A DNA stretch of 64,000 bases, taken from NCBI RefSeq assembly GCF_001447785.1, contig NW_015175362.1, positions 1,230,029 through 1,294,028 on the forward strand, written 5' to 3'. A program made the position numbers and the translations under genes. Shown piece after piece: positions 49,551 to 61,909 of the stretch (its first letter is position 1; the number at the start of each line of letters is the position of its first letter). The stretch comes from Gekko japonicus (lineage: Eukaryota). The notes under the pieces were generated by a model. The model saw only the letters and a program-made list of their open reading frames with translations, ran no database searches and was not told the DNA's origin.

Positions 49551-51521
49551 ATCTGTATATACAAATGATTAGCTACCAGAATTAAAAAATATAAGCCAAT
49601 GGAGGATCAAACAAGTTGCTAACTCTGGGATCTTTCCTCCCTATAACTGAATTAGGTTTTCATGGAATAAAGCAGTGTTTCATTATGGAACTTCACTTTT
49701 ACAGCCAGCATGATGCACTTTGGCACTGGAAGCAGAAAATCGAAACCTAAGGCCCCCTATTTACCAAAGCAAATAAAAAAGCTAAACAATTTGATAAACT
49801 GTTGTCTCTTTAATAGTGTTAAAGTTGCTGGGGGGGAGCTGCCTCAATCTCCCCAATACCAATCCTGTATAAATTATCAAATTTTGGAACAGCATATATA
49901 TACAAATAAATAAAAACTTTATGGCTAGTGAGTTCAGAACATCGTTCACTAAAATGGGACTAAGTCTAAACAATAAGGTTTATTAAATATCATTACAGTG
50001 TTTGGTACTTTGAAACCAAAGAAGGCAGACTAATAACACTACTGTCAAAATGAGGAAATCATTGCCTAGTTGTTTTGCCACTGTTGCAACTGACTAAAAG
50101 GAGACAGTACTTTGCCTCTTCCAGAATTTGTTACAGCTAGGGAGCAGTCCCAGTACTTTATTCTGCATTAGTTATTTCCTAGTTACTGCTGCCCAAGATG
50201 AGTTAACTTTATGTCAAAGAAGTATTTTGATATTTTGTTTCGCATTTTATAACTGCTTTATTTCCAGTAACCAGCATCATGCTTACAGTTAACTACAAGC
50301 AAACTGGAGAAAACTACAGTTAAAAATTAAGAAAAAACTGTGGCACAGAGCTTTAAAAACTTACAATTTTGTGCTAAAATAGCACCAGAATTATACAATT
50401 GGAAAATACTAATGTTAATGCTTTTATTGCATAAGGAAACCATGCAAAACTATGAGATTTCATAGTCCAAATGTTTTACACCACATCAATGAATGTGTTT
50501 TACACCAAGAAGATGATCCATAGGTCAAATGTGTTCTACAACACAACAGATGCTTGATCAGTGATTTTTGTGGTCATGTCAGATAATAGTTGTGGTTTCC
50601 AAGATACAGGCTGGAAAAACTCCCAAGGATACATGATGACTTCCACAATGAAATACTAAAAATTTTGCTGCTTATGGACAAACAAACATGAGAAGCTTAG
50701 GTATGTATGGAGACTTAGTACAGAAGAATCAGGAGAGAAAAACATATACACTTTGAAACACCGGAGCATCCTTTACTCTTAAACTGTAATCTACAAAGAA
50801 TGTAAAATGTGATTACAAGGTGGGTGTATAAAATTATGATAATCTATGCTCTGATCTAAATTTGTGTGCCATTATATGATCACCTTTTTAAAATCCTGTA
50901 GTTAAGAGTAACTATTTGTAATAGAATGAATTTATATGGGTTTGGATAAAAGTTAATCTGCCATACTGTATATATAATCATCTAATTTTTTAATTTCCTA
51001 GTTGGCAACGGTTAGGCCTCTTATAATTTAAAAACATTTCCAACATTCCTCTAGCCTCTGAATTTACAGCAATGCAGGTTTGTCATCAACAACTCCCTTG
51101 ATTTTGGCAAAAGTTTGAGGCCTCTTGTACTAAATATTAAAAAGCACTATGTAACAATGAACACAAGCACTGGAGAGAGGTGGCTGCTTGCTTGTGAGAA
51201 GTGATAAAAAACCAACCCTACTAAAATATCAAAAAGGCAAAAACGCCTAGGTGGGCATCCATACAGGGATTTAGAAGTCATTTTCACCAGCACAAACACG
51301 CCCCTCTCTCTTTGCTGGCCTGAATTAAGAACCAAAATACAAGCTGGAGATCAAGAGCTGGGCCACTTCCGAAGGCCGTTCCTGTTAAGAAAAGGGGGCA
51401 AAAGAGGTTTCAGGAGGATGCCACAAAAGGCTGGCTTCCAGGCGCAGAGAAAATGTGTGTCTCTGTAAAAACAAGGCAAAGCAGACCGCAGGGTAGGTGA
51501 AGGCAGGAGGTAGAGCCTTAC

Positions 51522-51593
51522 CCGGGCTGGCCAATGGGGATAGCCTTTCATCTTGGCGAAGATCAAGTCCCCGGGTTTGAAATCGCGGGTCAT
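51522..51593 (-). CDS. PSIP1: PSIP1/LEDGF coding exon 1 (PWWP start); the exon including 5' UTR runs to 51653
   Basis: [24 protein letters not shown] followed by GTAAG; 72 nt. Confidence 0.97.
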
Positions 51594-52007
51594 GTTGTTG
51601 CTGGCTGCGGAAGAACCGCTCGGAGCTCCTAAGCGTTGTTCTCAAGGCGAACTCTGAAAGGGGGAGGAAAGGGGGTGGGACATGGCAAGATCAGCAAACC
51701 GAAATATATGGATACCCCCCACACACGGATTTTCCTCCCCTTTTCCCTCATTCATCTCCTCCCCGTAGCGGGAACCCGCTCCACACCACCCCAACCGCCC
51801 CTTTCCCAGCACTGTCAGGAGGCCACCGCAGCAGTTCCCTCCCCGCTACCCGGACCCTTCGCCTCCCCCGTTTTGGCGGGAAGAAATTCTCCCTTCACTG
51901 GCTCGCCGCCGCGATGAGCTCAAGTCACCCCTCTCCCTTCCCCGCCATCCTCCCTTTCCCTCCATCAGCACCACCGCTGGGGCTCTCGCACCCCGAATCG
52001 CGCTTAC

Positions 52008-52200
52008 CTGCCCCCTCCTGCGCGCGCACGACGGCGCGCGAGCCCCCCAAACCCCACAGCACAGCTGCCCGTTGCTCCCTCTCTCTCTCGCGCGCGCCTC
52101 CCTACTTCTTCTCCGCCCCCCCCCCTCCCCCCCCGTCGCCGCCTTTCGCAACAGCAAAACAGCGGCCGCTGCAGGCTAAAGAGGGCTCGCGCGTGAGTCT
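52008..52200 (-). other. PSIP1: PSIP1 non-coding first exon (5' boundary approximate)
   Basis: Strong donor CAG|GTAAG at 52008/52007 inside the CpG island. A matching acceptor (pyrimidine tract, tttcag) lies at 51654-51655, upstream of the ATG exon. Confidence 0.6.
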
Positions 52201-54589
52201 TCTCGCGCCAGCTGCCCAAAAAGCTCGCTCGCTACTCGCTCAAGGCGGGCACCAAAGAGATTCGCGGAAAGAGAGGAGGGCCCTCGCGCCAGCACACATA
52301 CAGACCTTTCCAACGCGGGGTAATATATCTATATCTATATATCTTTTCGCCCCCGCCTTCGTTTGTCTCCCGGTGCAGCGGATGCCAAGGAGAGTTAGTG
52401 CACGAGGAGACCAGTACGCGAAGAGAGCTGCTGTAGTCCAGGGAAAAGCCTGCGACAGAAATTTCTTCCTCCCCCCGCTTTTGCACGGAGAATGGTTCGC
52501 TCCACCTTTCTGTTGCAGAGCTGTCGTAGGCCGTGAGGCAAACAAGTGGCTCCGTTGAAGGGGAAGAAGCGCTGTTCCTATTAGGAACGATTATTCATGT
52601 AGGAGGGAGTGACCTGCCCCTTCTTATATAACCTGCACGACCACCCATCCTGGGCGTGTGCGCATCTTGGGGCGGCCAGGGGGGGGGGGGGGGACACAAA
52701 CACAAATGACTCACATATGGAAGCAAAGCACAGCAACCCCATTCTCTGCGTGTTTACTTAGAAGCCACTCCCACTCTGTTCAATGGCGCTTACTCCAAAG
52801 GAAAGGTGCATAGGATTCCAGCCACAATAGGGGAGGGCTGGTTTTGTTTTAATCAGAAGCCCTGTTGGCTGGCCTCTAGTTAAAACGGATCAAGCCGAGG
52901 ATTGTGGTAAAACACTGGTTTGGCGTCACGAAGAGCTGGCAGTATAAAAGCAGATACTGATAAGATTTTAGAATAAGGTGGCCTCTCAACGTTGGTGTAG
53001 GCTTATCAGAATGTTACCCTTCCCATACCTTATGCTGTGGACTGCAGCCTTGAGCTGCCAATTTCAAAGAGCAATTGTTAACAAGTCTACTGAGAATCCT
53101 ACTGAGGTTTATTATTGGACTTATTCCCAGGAAAGAATTAGGATTCACTGTGAAGGGCCTAAAAATGTAGCCCTAGCTTGAGTATAGGGCAAACATGCTG
53201 AGAAACTGAGTCTAGGGGGAGCAGATACAAAGGAAGCCCAGACTCCTGTACCTTTAATAAGGAAGAGGTAATGCTAGCAGCAGATGCAGTTTAGCATACT
53301 GGGGGGAGAACTGTTACACTTCCTGAAATGCCTTCTTTGTAAGTAGAGAAGATTCAGCAATCCTGAGTCCTATTTTCTGGTGTTTCTGTGGGAACATGGT
53401 TACTACTAATTTTGCTGTCATGTAGCAGTGGCACTTTTGTTTAGATTGTGTCTATGGCTCCAAATCTTACATTCCCCATGTCAAAGGCAGCTGGGACATG
53501 TACCTTTTTCTTGTTCTAAAATCATGGAACATAAGCTAGTGGCTATGAACCAATGATAACAAAACTGAACCTTTATGTGCAGTGTAAATGTCTCTCATAA
53601 ATATCAGCTGCTGGGGACAAACTACAGGGAAAGGCCATCACTCTTATGCCCTGATTGTCAGGATCTAAAGGTAACTGGCTCCTTCTGGAGACGTAATGCT
53701 GAGCTGTATACTGCTTTGGGCATCATTGAATGAAGGTGTGATGAAATATACATTTAATAAATAAATCTACTTGTGTTTCTCCCTGATTAAAACATAATGA
53801 TGTCAGTCAGTCCTGAGTGCCTGTGGTAACTGTTTAAATTTTCAGAGTGGCAGCTCTCTGCCTCTCCGTGTACAGGTGCTAATGTGCACTGTATTAAACT
53901 GTGTGTGTGTGCCCAAAAGGGGGGGGGGGGGTTGTCTGAGTAGCATACAAAGAGGTGCAGCTGCTTCACATAAGGTCTGATCACGGGCAAGGAGCTGGCA
54001 TGTATACACATTTTAAATGGCTATTATGCATCCTCAGTGGTTATGTGCCTTTTCCTCCAAACCTATGTTTCATGCAGGATGGCGCAGTCATATTTCTAGA
54101 AAGAGAGCTGGTACGGTTAGGAATCAAACCTGCCTGGAAGCCTACTTGTCCAAGCCAGAAGTTACTCTGTTACTCATATAATAGGGAGTTTCATTCTGTA
54201 TTCACATGTGCCAGGTGAGAACACTGAAAACAGGTTTTAGAGCTGAGCCACTGCTCAAATTACTAGCTAGGTGCAGCCCTTTGTACTTTTCTGACCTTTG
54301 GGTTTTTAAAGAACATCATCATCACTATTGGTGGAGTCTGTAGGATGACAATCTGAATAAAGAAAACCATTTCCTAGCCTGGGACAGCTATTCTACAGAT
54401 TCAAATGCAAATTAAAAACTGAATAAGTATAATGGTGCTCACTTTACAATTTCCCCTGGATGCTTTGCCTAGGGGCAAGAGCCCACTAATTTGAACTAAA
54501 TAGTTCTAGAAAAGACAGCTGTTAATGTTGTCCCCATTAAGTTTTTTTTAAAAAATAATTCTGATGTAGCCAGGTTTCCCATACCAATT

Positions 54590-55915
54590 GTGCTACCGCC
54601 TTGCTGGGGGGGGGGGGTTGACAGTGCCATCCAGGTAGACACTGTTGCTGTCCTCAGCCAAACGCCTGGTGGAACATTTGCGCCTTACAGGTCCTGTGAA
54701 ACTGTAACAAGTCCCGCAGGGCACGGATTTTACTCGGCAGAGAGTTCCATCAGGTTGGGGCCAGAGCACTAAAGGCCCTGGTCGAGGACAGCTGGATATC
54801 TCTTGGGCCAGGGACCACAAGCGAGTTCTTATCAGCTCCATACAATGCTCTTCAAGGGGTATACCAAGAGAGGCAGCCCCAAAGATACATGGGTCCCAGA
54901 CCATTAAGGGGCTTAAAGGTAAGCACCAAAACCTTGAACTTGATCCGGTGCTCAACTGGTAACCAATGCAGCTCATACAGCACAGGTCAAATATGCACTG
55001 ATTGGAGGGTCTCTGTGAGGACCCACACCACTGCATTCTTGACCTGCTGAAGCTTCTGGGTCAGTCTCAAGGGTAGGCCCACATGGAGTGAATTACAGTA
55101 ATCCAGTCTGGAGCTGACCATTGCATGGATTATTGTGGCAAGGTCAGGGTAGGACAGGTAGGGAGCCAGTTGCCTGACCTGGCGTAGCTGGAAAAATGCC
55201 AGCCTGGCAACATTTGTAATCTGGGCCTCCATTGATAAGGAGGCATCCAGAATCACACCCAAGCTCTCAACAGCTGGTTCTGGCGTTAAGGGCATACTGT
55301 CAAGAGCTGGGAGTTGGGACCCCAATCCTGAATCCTCTCTGCCCAGCCACAGAATCTCCGTTTTAGCTGGATTCAGTCTCAGCCACCTCTGTTTCAACCA
55401 TCTCACCATGGCCTAGTCCCTCAGCCAAAACAGTTGGGCAGCAACATCCAGCCAGCCACCCTTCAACAGATATAGCTGGGTGTCATCAGCATACTGATGG
55501 CACCCTAGCCCTAAACTCTGCAACAGTTAGGCAAGGGGGCACATGCAGATGTTAAACAACATCGGGGAGAGGATTGCTCCGAGGGACTCCACACACCAAT
55601 GGGTGCCTGGGAGACACCCTCTCCCCTTGCGCCACTTTCTGTCTCTGACCTTGGAGAAATGAGGTAAGTCACTTCAAGACTACCCCATGAACTCCTATGT
55701 CGGTAAGATGGTGGGTCAAAAGATTGTGATCAACCGTGTCAAATCCTGCTGTAAGATCAAGAAGCAGCAGCAACTCCGACTTGCCTCAATCCAATTGCCT
55801 GTGGAGATCATCTGTGAGGGTGACCAATGTCATCTCCGTCCCACAGCCAGGGTGGAAACCGGACTGGAATGGGTCCAGTGCCAATGTGTCATGCAGAAAA
55901 AGTAGCAGATCATCA
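54590..55915 (-). mobile_element. L2-clade LINE ORF2 fragment (RT) with 3' UTR
   Basis: HQYADDTQLY, WLRLNPAKTEIL, LGVILDASLSM and SSRLDYCNSL motifs on the minus strand. Confidence 0.92.
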
Positions 55916-55923
55916 GGCTATAG

Positions 55924-56242
55924 CAGTGGTGGCGAACCTATGGCACGGGTGCCAGAGGTGGCACTCAGAGCCCTCTCTGTGGGCACGCGTGCCATCGCCC
56001 CAGCCAGGCCCAGACCATCATTAAAGTGTCAAATTCTCTGCCAAATAATTTTAACTAAATGAAAGCATTTGGGATTGCTTTCCTTACTTTGTTTGGATCA
56101 TCTTAAGTTAATGTATGAGTTGTTTTTTCTAAAGTAAAACCTCAGTATTCAGGTTAAATTGCCGTGTTGGCACTTTGCGATAAATAAGTGGTTTTTGGGT
56201 TGCAGTTTGGGCACTCGGTCTCTAAAAGGTTCACCATCACTG
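55924..56242 (+). mobile_element. Complete 319-bp hAT MITE inserted in or at the L2
   Basis: TIRs CAGTGGTGGCGAACCT / AGGTTCACCATCACTG; perfect TSD GGCTATAG at 55916-55923 and 56243-56250. Confidence 0.93.
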
Positions 56243-56939
56243 GGCTATAGCATCTTCAGCAGAGATACTCATTCAGTGGCTCGGGAGCCACCTGTGGCTG
56301 TTCTGAGCACCATTGCTCAATGTAGCACTTGAACCATGTTTCAGGAAGGTGGACAAGGCCATCTCCTAGTGTGGCTTGTGACTGCCAGGTGGTTCCCACT
56401 TTGAAACAGCCACTGCTGGAAGATGGGTGAGCTGCAGGCTGCAAACTAGGGGTGGAAGTAAAATGACCCGGAAAATCATGTAGATGCAGTCAAAGCTTTA
56501 TATTTAATAGTTGCACCTCATATTATTGTATGTGTGTATTTGGAGGTGGTATACAAAACATACAGTAGTCATGTGGCTCTTTTGGTTGATGGTGATTGCA
56601 AATATGGCTCTCTGCAAGCCATGGAGTAAGGATCGCTGAACCATAGCATAATATGAACCAAAACACCACCTAAACACCCCCAAAACAGCAGCACTCAACT
56701 CAGTATTTCTCTATGAAGTCCTGAACAAATGCTTATGGAAAGTAATGGGATGGATGAGTGCCGATAAACTGATGGTGAGTCCAGAGCAGATGGAGGTGCT
56801 GCTGCTCAATAACCAAAAGCCACTTGAGGTCTGAGGAGCCAGCCTGTGTTAGAGGGGGTTGCACTCCTGAAGGAGAAGTTTCATAGTTTGGGGATGCTGT
56901 TGGATCTGGGCTTAAGGTGGGAGGCTCAGTTCTCCCCAT

Positions 56940-57960
56940 TGGCACATTGGTGCCTTTCATCATATTTGGTTGATAGCTCACCTACAGTCATTCCTTGAAA
57001 ATCATTATCTGGCTCCAAGGATCCATGGTCTGATCATATCCAGGTTAGATTTCTGTAATGTGCTTGAGTTGGGGCTACTTTTAGAAATGTTTCTATCCAG
57101 AAACTTCAGCTGCTCCAAAATGTGCCAGTGAGGCTGTTGTTGGGACTGGATACACTGTGAAAAGTACTGAGACTTACTAGTGATTTCAGCTCTCATACTT
57201 TACTTCAGGAAAGAACAAGACAACTTTTCCTGGTTCGCAGGCCGGCTTATATGTGCAACAATCCCACACCCAAAACTCCCCCCCACACACACACTAGTGA
57301 TAGGCTATTTACAGTGGCCAAGAGTTCCATGGGCTCTCTGCCGGGAGCCTAGCCCTCTGATTGGCGCGGGCTAGGATCCGCTTGGGCCATTGTCTCTGGG
57401 AGCGAAGCTCAGAAGCTTCGCATGACCGCATGGAGACAGCCTCGCACACGGTCGGAGATGAATACATTACACACACTGCACCACTCCTGTGCTGACAGAT
57501 CTGCACTGGCTCCCTGTTTGATTCCAGGCACAATTCCAATTATTGCTTCAACACTTTAACTTGAAGGACTGCCTTATTCCATACTGTGCGGCATACCAGT
57601 TGACCCTCCTCTCCAGCCTGTTCCTTAGGTTGAAGGCTTTATTATCTTTCAGGTACCAAGCCAAAATATTTCTCTGTACCCAGACCTTCAATTGAAGGAC
57701 CATGCATCTTTTAAAGATGTTTTTATGACCTTCTTTTAGTTTGTGGTCTGTTATAAATACGGTACTATTTTATGTTCCTTGCTAAAATTGTCTTTTAATG
57801 CCACTGAATATTGTTCTTACGTTTTATTTCTCTTGCAGTCTTGCTGCTTGTTTTATTGCTGGTTCTAATGTTAATATTTTTATGCTGTTTCTTAACATTT
57901 TATTGGTTCAACCTTGAGCAGGTCTTTGGAGGGGCAGTACATACATTTTCTAAATAAATT
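56940..57960 (+). mobile_element. Old L2 LINE fragment, interrupted by a solo LTR
   Basis: ISRLDFCN and IQKLQLLQN before 57155; TPVLTDLHWLPV after 57476; L2-type tail near 57910-57958. Confidence 0.75.
57156..57471 (-). mobile_element. Solo LTR
   Basis: Minus strand TGTAATG...TTTCACA; CCAAT, TATAA and AGTAAA in order; 5-bp flanks tacac / cacac. Confidence 0.68.
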
Positions 57961-58380
57961 TTAAAAATGAATACTTACAGACATGAGTGATCAAAGGCCA
58001 TCACATACTGTACTGCTGTTAAATATCCTAGTTAACCTCTTGTTTCATACCATCTTGCTCTGTTCAGTAATTCATATTCAGGGTCTCCTGAATAAGACTC
58101 TGCTTCTATTTACAGCAGTTACTCCCAAACTTCATAGACTGCCTCAGTTCTTCAATTCCATACATGCATTCATGGGATTATTGACCCAGGAAACAAGTTA
58201 TGCTCAGTTGTTAAAAGCTAGCAACATAACTTCTTTGATACTTCCCCAGTTAGAATGGAGGATGTATCATCTTGCCAATCATCATGTAGAAGAACTCTGC
58301 TGGATCAGACCCATGGTCCATCTAGTTCAGCATCCTGTCTCACACAGTGGCCAACCAGTTCCTCTGAAGATCTAACAACA

Positions 58381-59898
58381 ACTTCTGGTTGATGGCAGCA
58401 TGCTTGCGGACTCACCTCCTGGTCCTCCCGGAGGTGTCTCCGTGCTCCGGCGGAAGGAGGGGGCGAGCAGGCTCGTAACCCCCCCCAGGGGCCCGGCGAA
58501 GGGGCCCTGGCCAAGAAGCGCTGAGGGGGTAGCCTCTTCGATGGTGGAATGCCAGAGAATTGAGGCTCCCCTTTGCTCCAGTGGTTCTTCCAGCTGAGAG
58601 ACCGAATGGTACAAGTGAAACTAACCAGGTCAAGTGCAGGAGATCGGGCGTGAAAAATGATGAAAGAAGCATGGTCGGAAGGCCAACTATGAACGTGAGT
58701 CAACTGGGAAACGATTTTTTAAAGAAAAGATGCTCCCTGCCCTACTCCGTGGAACGGGAAAAGCGAGCGGGGGGGGGGGAACGCCTCCCATGCGCATAAA
58801 CTGTTGAGAGGGGGGGGAGCAGAAGAGAAATGTGATTAAATTGCCCAGAAGTACTTGCCCAATCGAGCTAAGCAGTCAAGCGCATATTCAGAGACTTTTA
58901 AAAACTTTCCAAAAGTAAACAAACAGCAAAAAGATGGCGGGGAAGAGGGACAAAGACAAAGAAAGACTTTTGAAGAGTCCCCTAAGCCGGAAACGACCAG
59001 TGAGATGGCAAAGGCTATAGCTGAGTTNNNNNNNNNNNNNNNNNNNNNNNNNNNNNNNNNNNNNNNNNNNNNNNNNNNNNNNNNNNNNNNNNNNNNNNNN
59101 NNNNNNNNNNNNNNNNNNNNNNNNNNNNNNNNNNNNNNNNNNNNNNNNNNNNNNNNNNNNNNNNNNNNNNNNNNNNNNNNNNNNNNNNNNNNNNNNNNNN
59201 NNNNNNNNNNNNNNNNNNNNNNNNNNNNNNNNNNNNNNNNNNNNNNNNNNNNNNNNNNNNNNNNNNNNNNNNNNNNNNNNNNNNNNNNNNNNNNNNNNNN
59301 NNNNNNNNNNNNNNNNNNNNNNNNNNNNNNNNNNNNNNNNNNNNNNNNNNNNNNNNNNNNNNNNNNNNNNNNNNNNNNNNNNNNNNNNNNNNNNNNNNNN
59401 NNNNNNNNNNNNNNNNNNNNNNNNNNNNNNNNNNNNNNNNNNNNNNNNNNNNNNNNNNNNNNNNNNNNNNNNNNNNNNNNNNNNNNNNNNNNNNNNNNNN
59501 NNNNNNNNNNNNNNNNNNNNNNNNNNNNNNNNNNNNNNNNNNNNNNNNNNNNNNNNNNNNNNNNNNNNNNNNNNNNNNNNNNNNNNNNNNNNNNNNNNNN
59601 NNNNNNNNNNNNNNNNNNNNNNNNNNNNNNNNNNNNNNNNNNNNNNNNNNNNNNNNNNNNNNNNNNNNNNNNNNNNNNNNNNNNTCTTAAAAGTTTGACA
59701 CAGTTCATAAAAAGAAAAACGATGAAAAGACTGGATGTATAAAAGCTAGTTGGAGGATCTCCTCTCTTCGGTTTTTAGATAGTAGTGGGTACTTTACCTT
59801 TTCCTGTATGTGTAGTTCCCCCCTCCCTTTTTTCTGTTGTAGTTTTTTGTAGTGATAAAAAATCAATAAAAAATCCCCTCCGGGGGCTAAAAAAAAAA
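58381..59898 (+). mobile_element. L1-like LINE with GC-rich 5' UTR, poly(A) tail and 16-bp TSD; interior lost in the assembly gap
   Basis: TSD TGAAGATCTAACAACA at 58365-58380 and 59899-59914; AATAAA plus A10 at the 3' end; 5' start acttctgg...gatggc. Confidence 0.75.
59028..59684. other. Assembly gap (657 N)
   Basis: Run of n. Confidence 1.
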
Positions 59899-60103
59899 TG
59901 AAGATCTAACAACAGGGCATAGAGGTCGAGGCCTTCCCCAATGCTACTTCCTGGCACTGGGATTCAGAGGTTTCCTACCTCTGGAAGTTGAGGCTTTCTT
60001 TAGTTACCATGGCTAGTAGCTGCTGATAGACCTATCCTCCATGAATCTATCTAATCTCCTTTTAAAGAGGTCTGTGCCTGAGGACATCACTACATCCTCT
60101 GGC

Positions 60104-60388
60104 AGCGAATTTGGTGTAGTGGTTAAGAGCGCAGACTCTAATCTGGGAGAACCAGGTTTGATTCCCCAGTCCTCCACATGCAGCTGCTAGTGTGACCTTC
60201 GGTCAGTCATAAATTCTTTCAGAGCTGTTCTTTCAAGGGCAGTTCTCACGAGAGCTGTCTCAGCCCCATCTACCTCACAGGGTGTCTGTTGTGGGGAGGG
60301 AAAATGAAAGGGATTGTAAGCCGCTCTGAGACTCCTTTGAGTAGTGAAGGGTGGCGTATAAATCCAGTCTCGTCTTCTCTTCCTCTTC
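60104..60388 (+). mobile_element. Squam3-type SINE nested in CR1
   Basis: Same family as 20111-20394. Confidence 0.88.
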
Positions 60389-61174
60389 TATATTTTAATC
60401 ACTCACTGTGTAAAGAAGTATTTCCTTCTGTCCATTCAGAATCTAGTGCCCATCAGCTTCATTGGATGCCCTTGAGTTCTGGTATTTTGGGAGAGGGAGA
60501 AAAATTCTCTGTCAGCTCTCTCTACCCCATGTATACTTTTATAAACCTCTGTCATGTCCCCCCTTAGTCGTCTCTTTTCTAAACTGAAAAGTCCCAGACT
60601 CTTCAGCCTTTCCTCATAATAAAGGTGCTCCAACCCCCTAATCATCTTGGTTACCCTCTTCTGTACTTTTTCTAGCTCTCCAATGCCCTCTTTGTGATAT
60701 TTTGCTCCTTCTGGGACTACTAGAGAAAGCAAAATACATTTTGGGGTGGGGAACCCTGAAGCAATAGGGACAAACGAGTGACAAAAATGACAGTGCAGAA
60801 GCGGCCTATGAAGCTTGTTTGCCCTCAAGCATGGAAGGCAGGGTGCACAGCTTGCCCTTTCATAGGAAAACTGAAAGTCATGTGAAACTACTTTATTTTT
60901 ATTGCAATCAAAAGAAGATTCAAGAAGTTGTAATTCTGAGCAAAGAGCAATGTGTAAGAAATGGTTAACCCTTTGCTGCTCGCCTTTTTTCCTTTTAAGG
61001 TGTCCCATCAAGCCCCACATCACATATGCAAAGCAACAGTACAGTCCTCAGTCATATGCACTCCATTATGATGAGAGAAAAGGCCCAGGCACAGTCCACA
61101 TTCTGCACGTAAATGGGGGAAATACGTGAATGGATTCTCCCTTTGCACCAGATTTTGTCAGTCCCCTCAACTAA

Positions 61175-61815
61175 CTTAGTTTATTTACTTCATTTATATA
61201 CCACCTTTCTCCCCAATGTAAGCAAAGGGGCCTACATCATTCTCCTGTCCTATATTGGTGTCCCCATAGAAGAACTCGTGGGCACTCCATGAAATTGCTG
61301 AGTGGTCAGGTTAGAACAGATAAAAGGAAGTCCTTCTTCACCCAAAGAGTGATTAAAACATGGAATTCACTGCCATAGGAGGTGGTGGCAGCTACAAGCA
61401 TGGACGGCTTCAAGAGGGAATTAGATAAGCATATGGAGCAGAGGTCCTTCGGTGGCTATTAGCCACAAGGTATAGATAGGGACTCTCGGTCTGGGGCAAG
61501 GAATGCTCTGTATTCTTGGTGCTTGGGGGGGCACAACAGCGGGAGGGCTTCTAATGTCCTGGCCTTACTGCTGGACCTCCTGATGGCACCTGGTATTTTT
61601 GGCCACTGTGTGACACAGAGTGTTGGACTGGATGGGCCATTGGCTTCTCTTATGTTCTCTTATGTTCTTATACTCACAACCACCCTGCAAGGTAGGTTAG
61701 TCTGAGCGTGCGTGATTGGCCCAAGGTCACTCAGCAAGCTTCTGTGGCAGAGTGGTGATTTCAGTCTGGGTCTCCTAGATCTAATCCAACACTCCAAGCA
61801 CTACACCACACTGGC
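61175..61815 (-). mobile_element. Older Squam3/MIR-related SINE split by a CR1 insertion
   Basis: Halves 61175-61256 and 61668-61815 are collinear with the SINE at 46835-47022. Confidence 0.7.
61262..61668 (+). mobile_element. CR1 LINE 3' end
   Basis: RTRGHSMKL...RKSFFTQRVIKTWNSLP...FKRELDKHM, ending in (cttatgttct)n. Confidence 0.88.
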
Positions 61816-61909
61816 TTGTCAAGACTTGATGAGCCAAGAGTACAGCATCTCAAACAAGGGTCTCCAGCCTTTCTGAGCCTCTGGGCACCTTTGGAATTCT
61901 GACACAACA

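Larger units (their letters stand above)
51340..52680. promoter_or_regulatory. PSIP1: CpG island / PSIP1 promoter and 5' end
   Basis: Sharp rise in GC and CpG/CGCG density relative to the AT-rich flanks. It spans the first two PSIP1 exons. Confidence 0.88.
58285..60705 (-). mobile_element. CR1 LINE 3' part, split by L1 and SINE insertions
   Basis: ELEKVQKRVTKMIRGLEHLYYEERLKSLGLFSLEKRRLRGDM...TQGHPMKL; the 3' UTR continues across the duplicated site. Confidence 0.88.

Noticed and set aside
51914-52558. 214-aa + strand ORF over the promoter
   Set aside because: Low-complexity Pro/Ala/Arg frame expected in a stop-poor CpG island; no recognisable domain.
52700-54500. Divergent gene (e.g. CCDC171) from a bidirectional promoter
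   Set aside because: No identifiable exon on the + strand within the window.
58836-59742. The two longest ORFs (290 and 295 aa)
   Set aside because: Artefacts of translating through the N gap.
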